NCBI RefSeq assembly: GCF_009914755.1
Contig: NC_060930.1
Length of the DNA stretch: 64,000 bases
Reading direction: 5' to 3' (one strand)
Source: the human T2T-CHM13v2.0 reference genome, Homo sapiens
The notes under the pieces were generated by a model, which was given only the letters and a program-made list of their open reading frames with translations, was not told where the DNA came from and made no database searches. Below, piece by piece: positions 53,458 to 64,000 of the stretch (position 1 is the stretch's first letter; every line of letters begins with the position of its first letter). A program made the translations under genes and the position numbers.

Positions 53458-54039
53458 TTATTTACTCCTCAAAGGTAAATTATAATACTCATCTCAGATG
53501 ACTATGGAGTCAAGAGCTCCATGTATCTATACCTCTCTGGCCCCAGGTAAATCATTAAAACTCTTAGTTTCCGCTCTCCCTTATGTACAATAAAACAGTA
53601 CTGCATAGGTAGAAAGGCTGGGGGGAAGTAAATGAAGCCCAGTGAAATGAGAATGTCTATTAACACCGTTCCCTCTCCCCCCGCCCCCAATTTCTTCAGC
53701 TCCATTAAGGAAGGAAGTGCTATATGAAAAAGTCATTCCTTAGTATCTGTGTTCAGACACTCTGTAGACAAAATTCTCAACGGAGGGGTGGGGCATCAGA
53801 ATCAACCAGGTGAGCCTATACTCACGCCCTTAAAAAGGGTGTTAATACTGGACTCAGAACTTTAAAGAAAAACGCACTGATCTCATTCATTGAAGTTATT
53901 TTTTGTATGCAGAATAAAATTGTGTGAATAAAATGCAAGCAGCACCGTCTGTAAGTAGACCAGAACTGGGGGAAAGAAACTGTAAGGCCCGAGTACGCAT
54001 TATGGTACAAAACGTTCTCACCAGCCCCAATTCCTCTCC

Positions 54040-55090
<1,051 letters not shown>

Positions 55091-56197
55091 CTTGAGCCTT
55101 CGGCTTTCCAACTGTGAGGTCTCGGTTTTGTTCGGATTTGTTTTTTTAATAGAGACGGGGTCTCGCTGTGTTGCCCAGGTGGTCTCAAACTCCTGGGCTC
55201 AAGCCTCTCCCGCCTCGGCCTTCCAAAGTGCTGGGATTACAGGTGTGAGCCACCGCGCCTGGCCTGTTGGATTTTTAAGTATTATATGATTCTTCATCCT
55301 TTATTCACTTGGGGCATAACACTCAGCTGTGAGTACATTCATTCAGATGTTTATTGAGCGTCTACTATGCGCCAGGCACTTAGCGTGGGATATAGCAATG
55401 AACAAACAGGCCAAGCCCCGCCCTCTGAGCTTACATTCTAGAGGGGGGACAAACGAATGTACAAATGAATACATGATGTAGAAGACAACAGTTTAAATGC
55501 AGGGACAGTTAAGCAAAATTTAAATTACCCTCTCCCTATTCCCCCAAAATGTTGTAGCCCATCCCCTTCTAGTTAGACTCGTCTTCGCCTTGCTCCTGTG
55601 GCCGGCAGGCACAGCCTGTTATTCAGGGCTGGGAGTGTAACCAGGCAACTCCTAAGTGTGAAGAGTGCCCCTTTTCGCTCGCAGAAGTGGTAGGCTTTGA
55701 AGAATACATGTCGTGGTCACCCTTCTAGCTCACAGCCCTCCCAGAGGCTGTGGAGGTTCCTGGGTCTGCAGCTGTACTGGAACGGTGGCTATTCTTTCAT
55801 TCAGAAGGGATTGCTCTGGCACTGCAGGCACAGGGCTAGACTGGCACCGTGCCTATTCCCCTAGAGCTTAGAATTTGGTAGGGAGGCAGAATCTAACAAT
55901 CACACTGGTAAAGATACAAACTATAATACAGGGCTATGAAAAGAACTATATGCTGCTGAGAGCAGGCATTGTGGGATGGTGAGCAAGGCTAGAGGGTCAC
56001 TTATGTTCCCTGAACAAGTCTTGAAGAGATGGGTAAAGAATGGAGAAGAGTAATTAGTGCAGTGGAACAGCACGTGCAAAGGCTTTGAGGCAATATAGTA
56101 AATGAGGCAAAACAGGAGCATGAGGCTGGAGAAGAGTTGGAAAATGAGGCTGGAGAGCAGGCTGGATTCATAATACAAAAGCTTAGAATGCTTACCA

Positions 56198-57081
56198 TGT
56201 GTTAGTTGGCTAGGGCTGCCATGACAAAGCACCACAGATTTGGTGGCCCGAAACAACAGAAATTTATTCTCTTGTAGTTCAGAGGCCAGAAGTCTGAAAT
56301 CCAGGTGTCCGCAGGGCCATCATCTATCTGAAGGCACTCTAGGGGAATCCTCTGTTTCTTCCAGTCTTTGGTGGCCCCACACATGTTTTGGCTGTGGATA
56401 CATAGATCCAGTCTCCACTTCTGTCTTCACATGGCCTCCTGTCTTTCTCTCTCTCTTTCTCTGTCTCTCTCTCTTTTTATTTTAGATGGAGTCTATGTTG
56501 CCTAGGCTGATTTCAAACTCTTAGGCTCAAGTGATCCTCCTGCCTTGGCCTCCCAAAGTTGAGATTACAGGTGTGAGCCACTGTATTAGTCCGTTTTCAC
56601 ACTGCTGATAAAGACATACCCAAGACTGGGGAGGCCTCACAATCATGGTGTAGGGCAAAAGGCACATCTTACATGGTGGCAGACAGAGAATGAGAGCCAA
56701 GCGAAAGGGGTTTCCCCTTATAAAACCATCAGATCTCGTGAGACTTATTCACTACCAGGAGAACAGTATGGGGAACTGCCCCCATGATTCAGTTATCTCC
56801 CTCTAGGTCCCTCCCACAATACGTGGGAATTATGGGAGCTAACAATTCAAGATGAAATTTGGGTGGGGACAGAGCCAAATGATATCAGCCATCTATCCTA
56901 TCCAGTTCTATCTCTTATAAGGACATTTGTCGTTGGATTTAGGGCCCACTTGGTTAATTCAGAATGATCTCATCTTGAAATCCTCACTTACATCTGCAAA
57001 GATTCTTTTTCCAGATAAGGATACATACCTGGAGATAGGACTTGGACATGTATTTTTGGGGGCCGCCATTCAAACCACTAC
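56198..57081 (-). mobile_element. MLT1 LTR hosting an Alu monomer, which hosts a THE1-type LTR (56582-56887)
   Basis: MLT1 ends TGTGTTAGTTGGCTAGGGCTGCC and CAAACCACTACA. THE1 TGTATTAGTCCGTTTTCACACTGCTG...GATATCA is flanked by GCCAC/GCCAT (5-bp TSD, one mismatch) inside the Alu end. Confidence 0.75.
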
Positions 57082-59432
57082 ATTGACTTTGCAAATAAAA
57101 AACTTGACCAAAGAAAAGAAACTTGACCTGGTGGGTAGTCACAATTACTCATCCCTGACATACTGTTAAGTGGAGAAAAATCAATTCATGAGACATGTAA
57201 ACGATTAACCTATTTAGTTAAAAATATATTGGCCAGGCGTGGTGACTCATGCCTGTATCCTGGTGCTGTGGGAGGCCAAGTTGGGAAGATTGCTCCAAGC
57301 TACAAGTTCGTGACCAGCTGGGCAACATAAGAGAATCTCCCCATCTCTACAGAAAATTAAAAAAAAAAAAATTAGCCAACCATGGTGGCACATGCTTGTA
57401 GTCCTAGCTGCTCAGGTGGCTGAGGCAAGAGGATTGCTTGAGCCCAGGAGTTGGAGGCTGCAGTGAACTATGTTTGTGCCAGTGCACTGCATTCCAGCAT
57501 GAGTGACAGAGCAAGACCCTGTCTGTAAATAAATAAATAAATTTATCTGTATGTTCATGTATAAATAGAATTTTTCTATTCTATTTTTACCTATTCAGGT
57601 ATAGGTATTATACTCTGATACTTGCTTTCTTCTTATCTTTTAGTATTGTCAGATTTTTTTAATGCTTTTTATAAATATAGAAAAAAACCACAAAGCTCTT
57701 TACAGTTTGAAAAAAGCTTTTGTAGGAGTATCCAAAAATACTTAGCATGCATGTATGGATAGGGGGTGTTTTTTCTGTTCCTTTTGATGGAAATACCTGA
57801 GGAAAGGGTCTTCAACTGTGTAAGGAGTTTCTCTTAGCAACTTGAACTTAAAAGGTAGCTGGAATTGATATAAAATAAGTTGTGGAGCCATAATTATTTA
57901 TATTACATAAAAACGTATGTTCTTTTTTCCAGATATGATTTGAGGCAGCTAGTGTAAAGTGTAAGAAAGCTGTTTTCTGGTTGGAAGGCCTAAGGAGAGA
58001 ACATCGTCGGGCACGGCCAACTAAGGAATGTTACAGTCAGCTTGGCCAGTGTCTTGCCCTGGTCCTTAAACCAGTTGAGATGAGTAACTGATGAAGCTGT
58101 ATTTTGTCTTCCCTTTGGCAGATTAGGATACTTGAAGAGGTAGGGGAAAGGCTTAGGTCAAGAGTAAACACCCTGCCTGTCCCTGGACTCATAAACATAT
58201 TCATATTTACCCTTTGTTCTAGAACTTAAGTGCCATTTAACAAAAGTATTGCTTTATTGAATCATTGCTTTAAGGCACCAAATGGTACCCTCCAGGCTTA
58301 GGAGAGTTAATGTTTTTCTTAAATTGCCTGAGGATTCCCAAGGAGTATACCACTGGCAAATCTGACAACTGTTCCCATAACAAAAGCCTCATTTTTACAT
58401 GAGAGTTTCATATATTGTTCTTCGAAGTAACTGTTGCTTCCATTACTTTTTATTTAATACATTTAAAAAATTATGATCAATTAAATGCTTTTTAAGTTTT
58501 CACCTAAGAGAGACTTTGATTTGAAAATATTTTAGGAAAACCTGTGTCATATCTCATTTAGATATCATCACCTGACTTTTCAAAAGTAAATACATTTTAA
58601 ACTTTTTCATTGGAATCACGGTTTTATAAAGTGTATTGCAAGAAAAATTCAGAATCTCTTTTCAGTTTTACAAGTCTTTAAAATTAGTAGTCTATGTTGT
58701 GTTTAAAATAGAGCCACATGTGAATCTATTTATAATGTTTGGTTGTTTACTCCTGAATCCTGTCTTTGGGGAAATTGCTGATATGACAATAACTTACTGT
58801 CATTTAGAATCTAAACACTTAGGACTTTCCTCTTATCTCTACCTACCTGCACATAGTCTGAGCTGACTATCTCTTACATTCTTTTTGTCTCTTAGAAACA
58901 TCTATTCTGAATGGTACAGGAGAAGCACAAACCTCTCAATATCATCAGTAGATTTGTGGGAGAAGAGTTTGGGTTATTAGTAAAGTTCACAATTCAAGGC
59001 TGTCACTGTTTCTTCCTAATTACCATGGATAATCAAGAAGTTGAGGCAGGTTTACAATGTTGAGCAATACATACGATATTTGTTATTCTAAAGCAATCTG
59101 ATAGAGTATGTGGTTGAATAAGCTTTTCTTCCATTTCTTAAATGGCTCAGAATGGGCTAATTATCAGGTCTAATCAAGAAGTCAAATAGTAAAAGACTGA
59201 TTAATATTTTAACTGCATTAAACAATACATCTGATTAATATCTTAATCAGATTAATTAACTAGTTTTGTTTATTACTGTCATAGTGGATAACTAGAACTA
59301 ATTGAAAATTAAATTGTATTTAGGTAGGTATTAGTGTCTTGAAATTTGTGTGATTAAAAAGTACCTTGAAGAAACAGTGTCAGGATTAATGAAGTCAACA
59401 GAGAATATCATTTTATGTTGTGAACTCACTCT

Positions 59433-59446
59433 CCAACAGATGGTGC
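59433..59446 (+). promoter_or_regulatory. Possible CTCF site
   Basis: CCAACAGATGGTGC resembles the core CCASYAGRKGGCRS with two mismatches, in unique sequence. Confidence 0.35.
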
Positions 59447-60105
59447 TAGCTTTCCTCTAGTGAGAGCTGCCATGGCCTATCCTTTCTTAAAACAAACCAT
59501 GAAGAGTGATGTGGGGATTTGTATAGAACACATTGTAAACATTTTTCTATTACCTATGTACTTTGGTTTATAAGACATCATCATTCCACACAATCAGTTG
59601 GAGAATCTATGATTGTATCCTTTTATGAATTTGATCTCTTCTGCTATAGCCATAAGAAATCATGTTTTTAAAAAGGTCATTTGTGTGATAATAATGTAAC
59701 TAGGAGGGATCAAACTAACTTTTTCAGAAAAGTCAACTTAGAAGGCCTGTCACTTTTCCTGTATATTCCCTAAAATGATATTGGGTATTGAAAATCTTGG
59801 GGGGGTGTTTCTTTCTAATTAATTTGCCATTTGCTTAGTGTTGATCTATTGTATGTGAAGCACAGTGCTAGGAACTGGGGATGAAAATAGAAGTTATGCT
59901 CCTTAATTCTCAAGGACCTAGTCCATTGTTTCCCAAACTTAAGTCGTTTTCATCCATCCTGTGAGATTTTTGCCATAATGATGTACTTCTTTACCATAAT
60001 ATGTTTACTTTAAATTAGCTCACTTTTATTTAAAAAGAAAGCTCTATCACCAATATTAATTTTTAAAGTTTTATGGACAGAAGGAGAGCCAGGCACAGTT
60101 GCTCA

Positions 60106-60342
<237 letters not shown>

Positions 60343-61330
60343 CTAGGCAACAGAGTGAGACTGTCTCAAAAAAAAAAAAAAAAAAAGGTTTATAGACAGA
60401 AGGAGAGCCAGGCACAATGGCTCATGCCTGTAATCCCCGTGCTTTGGGAGGCTGAGGCAGGATGATTGAGGCCAGGAGTTCAAGACTAGTCTGGGCAACA
60501 TATGATAACTCATCTCTAGTAAAAATAAAAACAAATTAGTTGGGCATGGTGGAGTGTGCCTGTAGTCCCAGCTACTCTGGAGGCTGAGGTGGGAGGATCA
60601 CTTGAGTCCAGGAGGTTGAGACTGAAGTGAGCTGTGTTCGTGCCACTGCACTCTAGCCTGGGCAATAAAGCAAGATCATGTCTCAAAATAATAATAATAA
60701 ACAAAACCATGTTGGAAATTCCAGCCGATTACTTTTGTCTGCGCAGGCTCCAAGCCTGCTCTCTCTTATAAAAGGGAAATTAATCACTCAATATAGAGAT
60801 GTTGAAGACATACTGGCACAAAACTAAAACTTTCTCCCTAATGTAAATATGGAAAGGGCCTAGTCTGGGCAACATACGAAACCTCATCTCTAATAAAAAT
60901 AAAAACAAAGTAGCTGGGTATGGTGGTGTGTGCCTGTAGTTTTAACTCCCACACTATGCAATTCCACATTTAATGTCTCATCAGTGTAACATATAAAACT
61001 AAATAGTACCACCACTGGTGAGTATCTTTAATTTTTGAGAGACGTTCTTGCTAGAGATAGACACGTATGTAAATAAGTCATTATAATATTGTTTCATTAG
61101 TGCCACATAAAGGTATTTCGGAGTAGTATGGAGGATATAATGGAAACAGATTAGTTCTCTGGGGGGGAGTACTAGGAGTTATTTTAGAGGAAATCAATGT
61201 TTGTGCTATTTATTGGATTAAATTCACCCAGGAATAAAAAAAGCAAAGTGAACTCGATGAGCAAAGGGACATTTGTGGTGAGAGTAGTGTAGTGTTGCTG
61301 AACTAGGGGAGAAGGAAGGAAGAATGCTAA

Positions 61331-61625
<295 letters not shown>

Positions 61626-61854
61626 TGATCCTCCTGCCTCAGCCTTCCAAAATGCTGGGGTTACAGGTATGTAACCCCACTGTACCTGGCCCCATCAAGA
61701 TTTTTTAAGCAGGAGATTAAGATCAGATTTGTGTTTAATAAGGATATTCTGACAAAAATGTGGAGGATGAATTGGAACAGTAGAGACTGGTACAAGCAGA
61801 TCAGTTAAAAGGGTCTTGTGTGTGATATATTTTCTCTTTTAAAAAGTATTTCTC

Positions 61855-63346
<1,492 letters not shown>

Positions 63347-63399
63347 GGAGTTATTAGCATTGTCCACTGAAAAGGCTTAGAAACAATGACCAGCCCAGT

Positions 63400-63990
63400 A
63401 CCATTTGGCACCCCTTATGGCCCAGACCATACTCCCTAAATATAATTTTGTCTTAAAATAAACAATGACTTTTTGGAAGTGTGGCTGATTCCATGCTTGA
63501 GGGAAAAATGTACACAATGAACCTAAAATATCTTGTCATATCAGAAAAAAGTTATCAAAAGCTTCTGGGGTCATGTGAAAAGGATTCCAAAGACAATCCT
63601 GGCTAGAGATAAGACAATTTGAGTAGCAATAAGAACAATAACTGCAATGAATTAAAACATATCAAATATTTTTAAGTGCACAAGTTCATAATTATACTAA
63701 AAAACAACCCTAATTGGTCACCTTTGGATCCTAACTTTCCTGTATAAATTTATTCCTCAGGGTAACCCAAATGGTTGATGAAGGAAGTTTTGTTTTGTTT
63801 TGTTTTTCTAAAAGTATTCCAGTCAATAAAATAAAGAGGAGATGATAGAATTATAATGTCATAATTTTGCAACCCCTAATGAAGTAGTGGGTCCAGGCAA
63901 TGGCCATAAATGACTGCTAAATTAATACAAAGAGAAACATCCATTATATGCTCTTCTGAAGGAAGTTCACATCAGTACCTGTGAAATGCT
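63400..63990 (+). mobile_element. L1MC-type 3' UTR remnant
   Basis: GTGGCTGATTCCATG...AACCTAAAATATCTTGTCATATCAG...GGGTAACCCAAATGGTTGATG...GAAGTAGTGGGTCCAGGCAATG. Family name from recall. Confidence 0.55.
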
Positions 63991-64000
63991 TTTTTTTTTT

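Overview
Alu-dense primate (human-like) genomic DNA with two convergent protein-coding genes, identified from their translated products. PNRC1 is on the + strand (2 coding exons, 17554-18093 and 20413-20856, 327 aa). SRSF12/SRrp35 is on the - strand (5 coding exons, 54529 to 35237, 261 aa, RRM + RS domain). Each has a CpG-island promoter. The rest is mostly Alu, L1, ERV/MaLR solo LTRs and DNA-transposon fossils, plus a U2 snRNA pseudogene and a 7SL pseudogene; nearly all other ORF-track entries are repeat artefacts. The most interesting structure is SRSF12 intron 2. It is a minor-spliceosome (U12) intron with non-canonical AT-AT ends, and it contains a 347-nt candidate exon with major-spliceosome (AG/GT) sites, stops in all three frames, no AUG, and an exact SRSF10-type AAAGACAAA motif. 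This predicts a major-versus-minor spliceosome switch between full-length SRSF12 and an unproductive or RS-only product. Other observations: an in-frame PNRC1 uORF, a probable intronic PNRC1 promoter giving a PNRC2-sized isoform, repair scars in an LTR12, a tiny TSD-flanked insert of unknown origin, and local duplications and palindromes. Gene and repeat-family names come from recall, not from a database search.
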